From the NCBI RefSeq assembly GCF_009834535.1, contig NC_045696.1, positions 73,224,001 to 73,288,000 of the forward strand: 64,000 nucleotides of DNA, read 5' to 3'. The stretch is from Camelus ferus (taxonomy: Eukaryota). How positions within the stretch are numbered: the first letter of the stretch is position 1; each line of letters opens with the position of its first letter. The notes under the pieces were generated by a model. It did no database searches and was not told where the DNA came from. It saw nothing but the letters and a program-made list of their open reading frames with translations. This document shows, piece after piece, positions 27,391 through 41,256 of the stretch. The translations under genes were made by a program, and so were the position numbers.

Positions 27391-27539
27391 AGCTGATGTT
27401 TGTTTGAATGAAATTTACCTAAGTACTAAAATCTCTATTTGTGAACACAATTTTAAAGTCTCTTTCATGGCTTTTTTTCCCACATGCCCTCTAAAGTCAA
27501 GATCATTCCTTTTTTTTTTTTTTTAAATACATTACTTTT

Positions 27540-28260
27540 GGATTGCATTTGGTCATTTTATGACCACAGAAATAGATGAGTGCACATAGATAGCATCCAT
27601 AATAAGAACAGGATTCTTTTGAGTGACCAGAGCATCATGCTGCCATGCAGTGTACAGTGGAGAGGACTAGCAGGCTCCCTTTCCAGATCTTCTCTTATTC
27701 TGTGCCAACTGGGCCCTCGGTCTTATTGGTATCCAATAATCAGCCCGATTACAGCTAGCCCTGGGAGACATGACAGAAAGAGAGTCCTCATCTTGCATTA
27801 ATTGCTCCTATTGAAACTATGCCACATCTCTCCAAGCTAGATGTTGCTTAGTATCCCTTTGATATGATAATGACATGCTTCTTAGCAGATGAATATGCAA
27901 ATTAAAAGCAGTAATTTGGTGGCATGCACCTGCTGACACTGCACGGCTATGCTTATGTGCTCTGCTGTAACACTGCAGCCACACAAAAGCATCACAGAGG
28001 TAAAATTAAATTCTAATGTCGTATATATTAAACAGATGCTTCCACTTTTCTTTGTATATCTACTTTTACAGATTTTGCCATTGGAATCTCAGTTCTCTTC
28101 ATGCAATTAATGGACATTGATGTGTCATACACAGAAGCATACTCAGTGCCATTTAAGGGGGCTGATTTTAAAGAGGTGGCTTACATATATCTACATTAGA
28201 AGATGAACATTTCTTCTACATAGCATAGAAGCTTGATGACTTTACTCTTGTTGCACACAG
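27540..28260. promoter_or_regulatory. Putative enhancer / conserved non-coding block
   Basis: No repeat recognised. Octamer ATGCAAAT at 27895-27902, multiple TAAT/ATTA words (GCATTAATTG, ATGCAATTAATG), TGACAG, CACCTG. Confidence 0.35.
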
Positions 28261-28739
28261 ACTGTATTCATACATGGAATCCATCCTTGGGCTGCAAAGT
28301 CAAAAATCATGTTTCTATAGCAAAGATGTGCAGTGAAATATACAGTTACTTCATATCGCCTAAAAAAGGATTCTAAAGTGACTTGAAGAAGCAAAATACT
28401 CAAAATCAATACACTAAATTTCTCTGCTTCATGAGGCTAGTTACAATGAATGAGAAAGCCAAAACAGTGATCGCTCAGGCGTGACCTGTAATTACCCTGG
28501 GAACCTAAAAGTTCTTATCAATGTGTTGTGTGGCTTAAGCAGTTAGAATTAAGCATTCTTAAGACAAAAGTTCATAAGGGATGCTACTCCTCTGGTGTTG
28601 TTTTCCCTACTCTTAAGCCCAGGTAGTATTCACAGTTACAAGTGTATGTATATGACAATGGCTGAACTGATTGAGATTAAACTGTTTAATGAAATACACA
28701 TAGATTAAATACATATTTCTTTACAATGAGCATTTTATA

Positions 28740-29000
28740 CTATGCACTTAATGATTATATATTATATTAAGTGTGTAGACTCCAATTTAATTAAGTATCT
28801 CCTTATTGTCGGATATCCAAGTTTTTTCCAACTCTCCAATTATATAAATAATATTGCAATGAACATCTTTAAAACATATAGCATTTTCGTTCCTTTTGAT
28901 TATTTCCCTAGAGTAATCTTCCATAAGTGAGTTTAGTAAGTCAAAAAATAAGACCACTTTTAAGATGAAAAAAAAAATCTCTGGCAAACTGCTTTATTTC
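28740..29000 (-). mobile_element. L1ME-type fragment
   Basis: 'ccttattgtcggatatccaagttttttccaa...aataatattgcaatgaacatcttt'. Confidence 0.65.
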
Positions 29001-30054
29001 ACAAAGTTACGTTTTTTAGAAACTTAGCAAGAGGGATACTTTTATGATTACATGATTGTAGTCAAAATTTTCTATTTCTATATACAGGCATGTATTTCCA
29101 CACAGTCCATCTGTGTTGATTTAGACCTACTTTATATATTCTTGAAGAAATTATCTACTAGTCTCTCTATAATTAACTGGAGACTTTTATGAATTAGCTT
29201 TATTTTATAGTCCCTGGACATTCTAAAAATATTTCTCCAACTAGAGCTAGTTATTTACAGAACTATAAAACAGCTATTAAATGTGATTTAATAAAAGTAA
29301 ATTTCAGTCTTCTTGTGGGCAAAATTCTCATTTATTTATGTATTAAAAGAACCTGCCATTTTTTTACGACATGAAAGATATATACATGTATATATACATA
29401 TATATGATGTTCTACATATAGATGGAGTGATTCATTGCTACTTAATAATGCTTCTAAACATCCAAGAGTAAATACTACAGATAAATACAGTTATTCTCTT
29501 AATTTTTCAATCTTATGCTGTTTATAGTTTATTAAACTGAGGAATAAGAGATTCAAGGTTTATTCTAATTGCATAAAAAGTCCTACTACTGGTGAGTTTT
29601 GTGGAAATAAGTATCTACTACACATACATAATTTATCTTTTTACCTCAAGAAATTATGATTTCAGGTTTTCAATTGTAGCCCTTGAAAAATACATAAAGC
29701 ATGTGCAACAGGAAGATGGGCAAATTTTATGGTAATTTTCAAAATTTCATTTCCATTTGTATTATTCAACAAATGACTAGTTCTGTTAGATCATTTATAG
29801 ATTTTTCAAGACTTCTAAGTTTTAATTATTTAACAGCTATATCATAAACAAAATTTAACTTTTCAACAGAATAAAAGTAGTGTTTGCCATGACTTAGGAT
29901 AATTTTGAAAAGAAGTGGAAAGTAGTTCCATTTTTTTCCTGCCTCATTTCAGCCTTTAAAATTGCTGTAACTATCTTTAATACTGCTTTGAAGAGCAGGA
30001 TGTAAATTCTGAAACTCAGGTTTTCCTAATACTTGAATATTCACTATATGGGGA

Positions 30055-30300
30055 ACCAGGAAATTCAGGTTTTAGATCCAACTCTGATATAATAATCTGG
30101 GAAAGCAATTTATTTAACTTTTCTGGGCCTTACATTTTCACTGAAAGTGTTCATTCATTTAACAAATGTTTACCTGTACCTATTATGTGCTAGGAACTAT
30201 CTGAAGTGAAGAAGATACAGCAGGGAATAAAACAAGTGCCCTCTCTTATGTAACTTACATTCTAGAATGTGAGAGATTTAATAATAACAAATAAATACAT
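30055..30300. mobile_element. MIR fragment (+) followed by L2 tail (-)
   Basis: 'tttaacttttctgggccttacattttcactg', then 'ttcattcatttaacaaatgtttacctgtacctattatgtgctagg'. Confidence 0.7.
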
Positions 30301-30485
30301 TTAATATGAGGTAGCTGGAGCTTAGCCCTTTACAGTGCTCCACATCTCTCCATCTTCTCTGTCCACTACCAGCAAGCCTTCAGGTTGACTTCTCGAAGGT
30401 CAAGCTCTGACTTGAGGTATATTTAAAATAAATACACTCACTATTGAAAGCTGTTATTTCTCCTATAATAAAAATCCTCTCTTCT

Positions 30486-32378
30486 AACATCATACTCATT
30501 GGTGAAAAGCTGAAAGCATTCCCTCTAAGATCAGGAACAAGATAAAGATGCCCACTCTCACCACTTTTATTCAACATAGTTTTTTAAATCATAGCCACGG
30601 CAATCAGAGGAGAAAATGAAATACAAGGAATCCAAATTAGAAAAGAAGTAAAACTATCATTGTTTGCAGATGACATGATATTATACATAGAAAATACTAA
30701 AGGTGCCACAAGAAAACTACTAGAGCTTATAATCAATGAATTCAGGAAAGTTGCAGACACAAAATTAATGTACAGAAATCAGTTGCATTTCTATACTCTA
30801 ACAATGAAATATCAGAAAGAGAAATTAAGGAAACAATCTCATTTACCATTGCATCAAAAAGAATAAAATACGTAAGAATGAACCTACCTAAGGAGGCAAA
30901 GTACCTGTACTCTGAAAATTGTAAGATACTGATGAAAGAAATTGAAGACAACACAGATGGAAAGATACACCATGTTCTTGGATTGGAAGAATCAGTATTG
31001 TTAAAATGACCATGATACCCAATGCAATAGACAGATTCAATGTAATCCCTTTCAAACTACCGATGGCATTTTTCACGAAACTGGAACAAAAAATTTTTAA
31101 TTTGTGTGGAAACATATAGGACCCTGAGTAGTTAAAACAATCTTGAGAAAAAAGAATGGGCCTGGAGGAATCACACTTCTTGACTTCAGACTATACTACA
31201 AAGCTCTTGTAATCAAAACAGCATGTTACTGGCACAAAAACAGACACACAGATCAATGGAACAGTACAGAATGCCCAGAAATAAACTCATGCACTTACAG
31301 TCAATTAATCTATGACAAGGGAAGCAAGAATATACAATGGTGAAAAGACAGTCTCTTCAATAAGTGGTGCTGGGAAAACTGGGCAGCTACATGTAAAATA
31401 ATGAAATTAGAAAATTCTGTAGCACCATATACAAAAACAAACTCAAAATGGATTAAAGATCTAAATGTAGGACCAGAAACTATTAAACTCCTAGAGGAAA
31501 ACATAGGCAGAAAGCTTTTGACATAAATTACAGCAGTATTTTTTTGGATTTCCTAGAGTAATGGAAACAAAAGCAAAAATAAACAAATGGGACATAATTA
31601 AACTTAAAAGCTTTTGCACAACAAAGGAAACCATCAACAAAACAAAAAGACAACCTAAGGAGAGGAACAGCATATTTGCAAATGATGTAACTGACAAATT
31701 TCAAAAATATACCAACAGTTCATACAGCTTAATATCAAAACAAAAACAAAAACAAAAACCCAATCAAAAAATGAGCAGAAGTCCTAAACAGACATTTCTC
31801 CAAAGAAGACATACAGATGTCCAACAGGCACATGAAAAGATACTCAATATCACTAATTATTTGATAAATGCAAATCAAAACTGCAATGAGGTACCACCTC
31901 ACACCAGTCAGAATGGCTGCCATCAAAAAGTCTACAAATAACAAATGCTGGAGAGGGTGTAGAGAAAAGGGAACCCTCCTACACTATTAATGGGAATGTA
32001 AATTGGTGAAGCCACTATGGAGAACAGAATGGAGGCTCCTTAAAACACTAAAAGTAGAGTTATCATATGACCCAGCAACTCCATTCCTGGGCATATATCT
32101 GGAAAAGATGAAAACTCTAATTCAAAAGGATACTTGCACCCCAATGTTGATAGCAGCTCTATTTACAGTAGCCAAGATATGGAAGCAACCTAAATGCCCA
32201 TCAGCAAATGAATGGATAAAGAAGATATGGGTGTGTGTAAATACGTGTGTGTATGTGTGTGTGTATGTGTGTGTGTGTGTGTGTGTATATACATATATAT
32301 ATGTATATTATTACATTATTTGTAATATTCCACATATAATAGAATATTACTCAACCTTAAAAAAGAATGAAATCATGC
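30486..32378 (+). mobile_element. L1 ORF2 segment (RT to C-terminus), truncated at both ends
   Basis: ORF-track peptides FADDMILYIEN (RT catalytic motif), [42 protein letters not shown] and KDTCTPMLIAALFTVAKIWKQPKCPS; frameshifted; ends at 'aagaatgaaatcatgcc'. Confidence 0.97.
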
Positions 32379-32505
32379 CTAGAGCTGGAGGTGGGGTCAA
32401 TTTCTCTTGAGGCATATGAACTGTGGAGGAGGGCTGCAATATCAAAGAAATCACGGTTCTAGAGGGATGAAATACTGGATGAGCAGCCAACAGTATCCAC
32501 TACAG
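32379..32505 (-). mobile_element. MaLR (MLT1J/K-like) LTR fragment
   Basis: Ends in 'atactggatgagcagccaacagtatccactaca', the antisense MLT1 5' terminus (TGTAGTGG). Confidence 0.55.
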
Positions 32506-32519
32506 ACATCTCAGAGTGG

Positions 32520-35350
32520 ACACTGAGAGTAGAAGTGCTGGCTGTAATGATTTCATTACACTAGAACTTTGCCATTAAAAAAATTACCAATCTGATGACT
32601 GGGAAATTATATCTCATTTTTAACTTAATTTTCAACTCTCTTGAGTACTACTGAGGTGGAATACATCTTTATTTGTTAATTAATCATGATTGCTTCCTCT
32701 TTTAAAGTTTGTCTGGTCATATTCTTTGCTGATTTTTTTCTATTGGGTTGTTTATCTTTTTCTTGTTAATTACTAAGAGTTTTTTATATACCCTACATGT
32801 AATTTTTTGTTATATATATTGCAAATGTTTTCTCCCAGTCCATTGCTTGTCACAAATTTATTTGTGGATTTTTACTGGGTCATACATAGGTTTTACATTT
32901 TATGTATTCAAATCTATCAATCATTTGATTTTCAGTTTCTAGGTTTTGTCCTAATGGTGCTTGTCCTACTTCAATATGATAAAAATTTTTTTCCATATAA
33001 TGATTGAAAATACAATATTTTTGATATCTTAAAGTTGCTTTTCTGGATTTTTCATTTTTATGTATGTATGTATGTTTTTATTTTCTATCCCCAATATCAA
33101 ACTCTTTAATTTCTTAACATGTTATGATATATTAGAAAGTTTAAGAAGATATTTTACTTCTATTTTTCTTTACATTATTGAGTCTTCTCACCTCCAGGTA
33201 TATTTTGGAATTTGCTTTTAAGTTTTTGTTTGGTATTGCATAGAATTACAGATTCATTTGAAGGGAATTGCCAGCTTTACCATACTGAGTAATTCTATCC
33301 ATCACTGAGGCAATGTTTTACTACTTTTTTCATATACACCTTATATATTTCTTATTAATATTCTACATATTTTGAGGATTTTTTTCCTTTTTGCAGTTGT
33401 GAATCATATTCAAGATTTTTCTAATTGGTTATTATTGGTGTATAGGAAAACTATGAATATTTTTTAATCTTTTTAATACTATGAGTATTATATTCTTTTA
33501 TCAGTTCTAATAATTTTAGTTATTTCTTCTGAATTTTAAAAATATAAAATCATATTATAAATCATAATTTTATCTTCCTTTCTAATATTTATAGCTCTTA
33601 TTTAATATTACTAGCACTAAAATTAATAACTAATAATAATTAACATAATTTATTATTATTTCTTACTGCATTGCCCAAGACAGTCAGTACAAACTTGAAT
33701 ACCAAGACTAACTGTAATGGGAATACCTCTAGTGTTCCATTACTGGTTTTGGTGTACTGTGAGATGCAGACATTAATATTCTTTATTGAAGTGTGAAGGT
33801 TGATCTCTTTTCTTAGCTTGCTAAGAATTTTAACAAAAATATGTATTGTTGAATTTTATTTTTAAAAAATTTAGAATTTATTGAGAACTTATTGTTGTCC
33901 TTCTTTATTGTTACTGGAATGAATGACATAAGTAAATTTCCAAATGTTAAATTATCCTTCCTTGAAACATTATTCTTTGAATATTTTGCCACATATTTAC
34001 CTCTGAATATGCCACATGTTTTTATATAGTGTGTATTTATCATCATTCACTTGTAAATGTTTTTTATTCCTTCTTAACCCAGAATTATTTAAAAAATTTA
34101 AGAACCTTTAGCTAAGTAGTTAGGTTGTTTCTGGCCATCAGTTTAACAACTTCTAATTTTGTTGAACTGAAGTCAGCATATATCTGTGTAACTTCAGTTT
34201 TTCTTTGCAAGTTTATTGAGATTATTTACTGAGGCATAATACATGGTAAAATTTTTAAAATGAATAATATACTTGCATTTGAAATAAATGTATATTCTCA
34301 ATTTATTGAATATGTATGTGTATACATATGTAATTTGTCATATGTATTATTAAAACTCTGTATCAGTTTTATTATCATTTTGTTACTTTAATCACAAATT
34401 CTAAGAGAGGTACACTAAATTCTCCCACTAAGATTATGGATTTAACAGTATCTATTTGTATTTCTAATAGGTTTTATTTTATATATGTCAACCTGGATGG
34501 TTATGTACACAAAATTTGTGATTTTTATATCTTGACAGATTATTCTATTGTATGAAAGCTTCCTCTTTGCCCAGTTAATAATTTTGGCCCCTAAATATGA
34601 TTTGTATCATGCTAATATTGCCTTCAATGGATTTTTATTGTTACCTAGCAACTTTATGACATACCTATGTCCATCCCTTTATTTTATTATGCTGTCTCAT
34701 TTTGTTTTGGAAGTGTCTCTGGCAAATAGTAATTAGTGAGATTAAAATAAAATCTGACTATATTTGCCTTTGAATAGGAGAATTAACATTTTACATTCAT
34801 TGTATTATTAAAATGTTTGGTCATATTGCCACTATTAAATATGTAATATTTAACTTAAAAAAAAGTAATTTCTTCTTTATTTTCTCTATCTTTTTTCTGG
34901 AGTTAATTGAGTTTTCTCCACTTTTTTCCTTCCCCAGAGATTTAAAAATCACATATTCTGTTTCTATTCCTGTATTGGTTAGCAATGGATTTTTTAAATT
35001 CATATGTTTAAATGTATGTACTGTCTCCTAATAAAAGACAGTGAACCACAGCATGCTGTCACTTTCCCCTTCACTGACACTGGCTGCACCTTCAATATTT
35101 GTGTTGAATTCATTTGGAGTTTAGTTCCAGATTATCAGTATTTTTAAAAGTTAACATGATTATAAGGATCTATACTTAGCCATATGTATTACTAGTTTCT
35201 TTTCTTCTCTTATTTTCAGTATATAATGTCTTTCTTTTTCCTAAAATCTTTATTGTTTTCTTTGAGTACTTCCTTGAACATTTCTTTCTGAGTAGATTTC
35301 TTAAAATGCCTTCAATTCATCCTCACATTTGATGCTCATTTAGCTAGATC
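32520..35350 (-). mobile_element. Old, heavily decayed L1 (L1ME-type) ORF2 region
   Basis: Antisense L1 words 'ttggtattgcatagaattacagattcatttgaagggaattgcc', 'ttattggtgtataggaaaact', 'gagaggtacactaaattctcccactaagattatggattt'; strongly T-rich. Confidence 0.85.
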
Positions 35351-35369
35351 TAGAATTCGGCATTGTTTC

Positions 35370-35890
35370 ACTGAGAAAGTAACATCTGAGTAAAGACTTG
35401 AAGGTAGCAAGGGAGAGAGCTATGTAGATAATTGGGGGAAGAGCAGAATACACATAAATGTGATAATTTATTTAATGTCTGTCTTTCCAATCAGCCTGTA
35501 AACTTTATGATCATGTCTGCTTTAATATCAGTTGTAGACCCAGCACCTATCTAAGTATTTAGCACACACAGCATTTACTCAGCATTGGTTGAGTGGATGA
35601 ACAATTGTAAATTTAAACCTGAAGTCCTAGGTCATGACATCAGAGTTCACCATTATATTTCAATATCAATAGTAATAACAAAAAGGACATAACCATCTCT
35701 TCCAGTATGGTGAGCTGGACAAAGCACTGAGTCATGAAGGTGCTTCTACCAATTATTTATTTGTTGTATTCTCTTAGATAAGTCACTTACCCTTTTTGAA
35801 TCACAAAGCAGAGACAATATTCACCATGCTACTCAACCCACTGGACTATTCTCAAGAAAAAAAATCATAAGATGAGTATGAAATAATTTG
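35370..35890. mobile_element. L2 fragments (both orientations) and a MIR fragment
   Basis: 'catctgagtaaagacttgaagg', 'tgtctgtctttccaatcagcctgtaaact', 'ttagataagtcacttaccctttttgaatc'. Confidence 0.55.
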
Positions 35891-36267
35891 TTTACTCCTC
35901 ATTATTATTCAAATGTCTGGAATTATATTTATCAATGAATATGAATATAAACCACATTTTTAATACAAAATTAAAATAGGGTTTTGAGAAATTTGATTAT
36001 AATTTCCACTTATATTTGAATTGGAGTAGTTTATGTATAGTAGGCGCTCAGTAAAATTTATTGAGAAAATGTTAGGAATATTCCCACTATGAAAAAATGT
36101 GTAACTAGCCCCATATTTCAGATTTTTAGGTTGTCTTTTTATGGTCTATGCAGATTTCCTCACGCTTACTCAATTTAATTTTATTTAATTTCCAAAGTAC
36201 CTTTACTTTACTTTAAAAAAAAACTGAATATTAAAAAGAATTTTAACTCTCTGCCACTTTGTTACTA

Positions 36268-36271
36268 ACAC

Positions 36272-36303
<32 letters not shown>
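36268..36303 (+). repeat. (CA)n microsatellite, one interruption
   Basis: Read directly from the sequence. Confidence 0.95.
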
Positions 36304-38675
36304 GCCAGAAATCATTTTTTGAAAATGCACCTACTTCCAATAATCTACATTTTTCTCTTTTCCGATTCCTTTTTGATGCTTCTTACTGGAGATTATAATT
36401 GCTGTCTATAAATTATACTTTGCTTCCCTTTAACCCAGGAATGAAATTCTGTATAAATAAAAAAGACCTAAAATCATGCACAAGGAGAATGAGAACTAAT
36501 GTTGCTGTAGAAATTGTTCTGCAGGATCATTTGAGAGATACAATACTCTGTAATGAAACAATACTCCTTAGGTGTGGCTCCATATATTAGAAGGTCCACA
36601 TTAAGAGCTTTATGAGGTGAATGATAACATAGCAGGGGTTCAGATCAGCCTCATCTGATAGGTACTTGACCATCAACAAAAACAAACAAGTTTTAAAAGA
36701 AAGATGCAAAGTTGACAAATCATCAATATTCTTTCTAAAATCCATTTTGAAGCATTTATAATTCATCTCTCAAGTCTTTAGATTACGTGAGGGAGAGTTT
36801 GCTAGTACTTCACATAGTTTACAATTCTAAGAACTGTAAAGTTCTCCTCAGGGAGCAATTACACTAAATGGATAGACTCCTGAAAAGAGTGGTTAATGCT
36901 TCATTGCTTTCATAGCCAACCACTAAAATCACCTGGCAGATGTCTTCATTTCTACCAGGTGCCATTTTCCCCATGTGTGTTTATGGCATTTTCTCTTTTA
37001 AAAAAAGAAAAATATTCCCAGGTTTTGTAGCTACTAAATTTCAATGAAAGAAGCAGGGCTCAATTGTAGAAAAACCTCTTACAGGCAATACCAGTTTATG
37101 AGTAAATTTATGACAAAAAGTACACTTTAAACTATATGCTATCAAACAGTTTACTGTTCCCCTTCTTCCATCTCCTCGTGCCTGGGCCTCCTACCCTTCT
37201 ACCCTCCCACCTCTTAACAGTATGTGAAAGCCAGGGATGGTCTGTATGTCAGTGTCTTTAAGAAGGCTCACGTGTGATGTTGCAGCAGTTCTGATGTGGG
37301 GTACATGTTCTGTGACCCTGGCTGGACCAGAAAGCAGCTTGAACCCCTAGAGTCTTGACCTGAAGAACCAGAGGTGGGCAGTGGAGGTGCCTCATGTAAG
37401 AAAGGAAACAAACAGAGGGCGGCAGGGGCAGGAGAGGTGGTATCACTGTGGGGAGTGGGCTTCGTATTAGAAAAACTTGTCTCTCTGACTTGTTCCTATT
37501 TCCACACTTTGGTCAGAGACTCAGGTATAAGAAAATTTAACTCTTTTTTCGCTCTGAGTTTGGAAAAATAACAGCAGAGACACAAGGAAGTAGCAATTTG
37601 CCTTCAACCCTGGGGAAAGAATGGGGGTGTCAGGACCTGGTGACTGGAGAACGCCTTCACCATCACATCACGGGGGGCTGGTGCCAGAAGACTGCTCTCA
37701 TGAGGAGCGGGTGGTGATGCCTGATCTTCGATTTTTAAAAAGAAACTGGAAATCCAAACTTTAAAAGACGTGAACTTCCCTGTCAACTTATTTTAAAAAT
37801 TACAAACACTCTGCAGGTTGCTAGTGAGTTAAAGGCACATATTTTTGGACCAGATCCTGCACCTTTAGCTCACAGGTTTGCAGCCTCTGAAGGGCGAGAA
37901 ATTCTGTCTCCATCTGGGGTTAGGTGAGGGTCAATTGCCCCCAACAAGAGAATTGTAACTGCAACACTGGTTCCTTCTTCCTCCACTAACCAATACCCCC
38001 ATGCATAACATTTTGAACAGCAGACAGTAACACTCAAGCCAACAGGTCTGGACTTGGAAGGACAGAAGGAAAAAAACCCAGACGTTTCATGGAACTTTAT
38101 CAAGGTCTAATACAAGTCGTTCCTAATTCTTGCTTTTTAAACATATATCTCATTGCCTCTATGTCAAATATCGTCCATATTACTTTTAAAGTGCTGAAAT
38201 TTGTCAGAGAGAGACTGCCAATGTAGTCAGATAATTTCCCTTCCTTGCTCTGTTAGGTCAATTGTTAATCTCATGATGTATCACCCATGTTCATGTGTTA
38301 AATTCCTGTTGCAGAAAAACAAAAACAAAGCCATGAAATACAGGTTCATTTAATCAAAGTGTAAAATTAGAAAACCAGTTGATCTGGCACTAGAATTTAG
38401 TGACTTCCAGTAACAAGAAAATGTTTTAAAACAGAAAACCCAAAAGTCCATCCTGATACTAAAACATCAAGTAAATCTTCAATCACACAGCGTTCGTTGG
38501 CATACTGTTAGTAATTCACTGATGGGGTGAGCCATAAACCCATAATCTCTTAGGCTATTTCTTTCTGAAAAACTGAACCATTCAATTGACAGAACCATGT
38601 TTATCCAACACTATGTTAAATTCTCTTTTCATCTTTTTTATTTCTTAACACCCTTTCCTCTTGCCTATTTTGCAG

Positions 38676-38952
38676 GGCTTCTGCTGACATGTCAGAGCCT
38701 TGCGATTCACTGTCAATTTTCTCAGCTTGGATTTTTTTTTTCTCCCACCTCTTTTAAAGAGGCCTGGAGACAAGGAGGGTGGTGGACAAGGAGGCGAGCA
38801 TGCTTCCTGATGTAGCCCGCCCAACTTCACAGAGCTCACAGTCTTTCAATGTGGCTGCCTGTGCACCAGCTCCACCTGACTGCTTCTTACCTGGTGCGTG
38901 ACCTTCAGTTAAAAATTCCAGCAGCGTGCAACTTGTCTTTGGCAAATGAATT
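38676..38952 (+). other. Candidate exon (277 nt, probably non-coding)
   Basis: 'cttaac' branch motif, then 'ccctttcctcttgcctattttgcag|G' and 'AATT|gtaagt'; repeat-free and GC-elevated. Confidence 0.3.
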
Positions 38953-40389
38953 GTAAGTATGCCAGCTGCCAGATGTCTTCATTTTTAAAACACCTTCAAA
39001 ACTGCTTCTGGCACTGTTCCATAAGCAAAACAGGCTAAGCTGTAACTCTAGTTTCCATGCTGTGAGCAAAAGAAGAGGGGGTGAGGGAAGCAGATGGAGG
39101 CGAGAGAAAACTATATTGCCTTCACATCTTGAAAAAGAGATAAGTAAAAGTGAAAACAGAATCCAGCTACCCTTATCAGTAAATGTTTGAATGAAGAGTT
39201 ATCTGTGACCTATGATATGTTCAATATGCATATGGATAGTCACTTTAAACAATAGAGTAATTTGAAATACTGTGGTTTTATGAGTCCAACAAAATAACGA
39301 TGGTACATTTTCCTAAAAAAGAGGATTTCTGGTTCCTAAGATAATAACAGATGTAAGCCTAGGGAAAGCTAACAAAACTCAAATAATTCTTTTTTCTTTT
39401 TTTTTTTTAACCTTCCACAATGCAAAATTTTCTTGCTGTCCAAAGTAGGATTTTGAAGTGGGAGAGTCAAGAAGAAACTTCCAGATGCTGGAGGATGGCC
39501 CTAAATTCCTATCCTGTTGAAAGTCTTCTTCAAAACCTTCTAATGGATTAAATAATTAAGCCATACACTATAAGAAGACAAGTTTAAAGAATAAGGCACT
39601 GTGCATCTATTTAGAATGACTGGCATTCCTACAAATCTGTGATGTCCACATTACTTTGGAAGTAACTGAAGCCCATAGAATGGATACAACTAGATCTGAT
39701 GATACCAGTTGGAATTACTGAGAAAGTAGCCACACTGAATTTGAGCCTAACAACACTTACAGAAAAAAAACAGATATTCACACTTGAGCCGAGAGAAAAG
39801 TCAGAATATGGCAATTTAGGATCAAGTCAAATTAATTCAAAAATAATTCTTTCAATCAGTATCTTTCAATTGCTCTCATAATAGAAATGGAGATATCCTT
39901 TATGAACTACACAATGAAATAAAATTAAAAGTAAACTGAGCAAAGAAAAGAAAAAAAAAACACACGTCAATGACTTGCATTCTGCTTTCATTAACTCCTG
40001 ATTATAAATTGTGTTACTCATCTCATATTCATAATACATAAACTTATCTTTAAGTGGCTAGATGTCCACACTTTGAAAGACTAGGGACATGCCTGCAAAG
40101 TGATACGGGACTACACTTAGGAGACACATTGCTATGAAGCCGAAGAAGGAAAATAAAACCTCTTCCTTATATCTACCAGTGAATACAAATATCTCAATTT
40201 TGATTCTTAATCAACAGGCTTTATGGAAAACAAACTGTGCTTACAAAAAATAAGTGAGAAGCATGGGTCCTAGATAATACATGCCACTGGTAAAGTTATG
40301 AAAAGGGAGGCTTACTTTTCTAGCTTCCAATTCTACAGTCCTTTATATACATCTTTCAATTAATCACACATCCTCTGTGTATGCCCTTA

Positions 40390-40720
40390 TGCCTTTCACC
40401 TTCCCACCTCTATGGATGATATCAGCATAAGCTATTTTCTTTCTCTATCCTTACCATTCATTCCTCATTGAATTCCTGTCCATGCTTTAAGTTTTGGTTC
40501 AAATGCAATCACCTCCATGAACTTTTCCCAGTCTCCTCTACCAACATTGAAAGAAATCTCTTTCCTATGCCATTCCCATAGCACTACTCTTGGCTTTTTA
40601 TCTTATCTTCCTGTCTACTAGGAGCATCTTGAGGACTGAAATCATGTCTTGTACATTTTCAGACCCCAGACCACCTAGTATACCATGCACATTTTTACTC
40701 CTTAGTAAACAACAGAATAA
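40390..40720 (+). mobile_element. L2 3' fragment
   Basis: 'ggttcaaatgcaatcacctccatgaacttttccc...tcttgaggactgaaatcatgtctt...cacctagtataccatgcacat'. Confidence 0.65.
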
Positions 40721-41256
40721 TACTGGATGCCTTGTAGCTTTTGGGTCAGTGAGCAGTGCCTTCAACCTGTTCTCTCTCTCCTGTTGATTACACAGTAGGC
40801 TTTTTTATTTCCTTAAGCCTAACTTCTCAAATAGATTCTACTTTTATTCCATTTGTTCTACCTGGTTCACCATTAATTCGTGGGTAAATGAGCTTCATAA
40901 TGGATAATATGAAATGTGGCTTCCAAGTAACATAAATTGGATTTTAAAAGAAGTGAGGGCCTTAATTTGGGCAGCACTGGAGTAGATTAGTGGAGTACAT
41001 GTTCTGGGTCTTTCAGTGCTCTCAACTTAGAGCAGAACACATAGACACAGAGCTACGGATGCACACAGTGTAGAGAAAAGTAATAGTGATGGGAAAGGGA
41101 GGAATAATAAAAAATAAATAAATGACAAAGAAAATGAGCCAAAGATTAAATGTATTATACCCAAACAATTTGGAAATCAAGAAGTATTAAAACTCCAAAT
41201 CCTAAGAGTTTTCCCCAAACTGAGAAATAAAAACTGGCTTCTTGAAACTAGTGACC

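Noticed and set aside
30660..32410. RT-like ORF cluster (FADD motif) as an active or novel reverse-transcriptase system
   Set aside because: Ordinary frameshifted L1 ORF2 lacking promoter, ORF1 and endonuclease.
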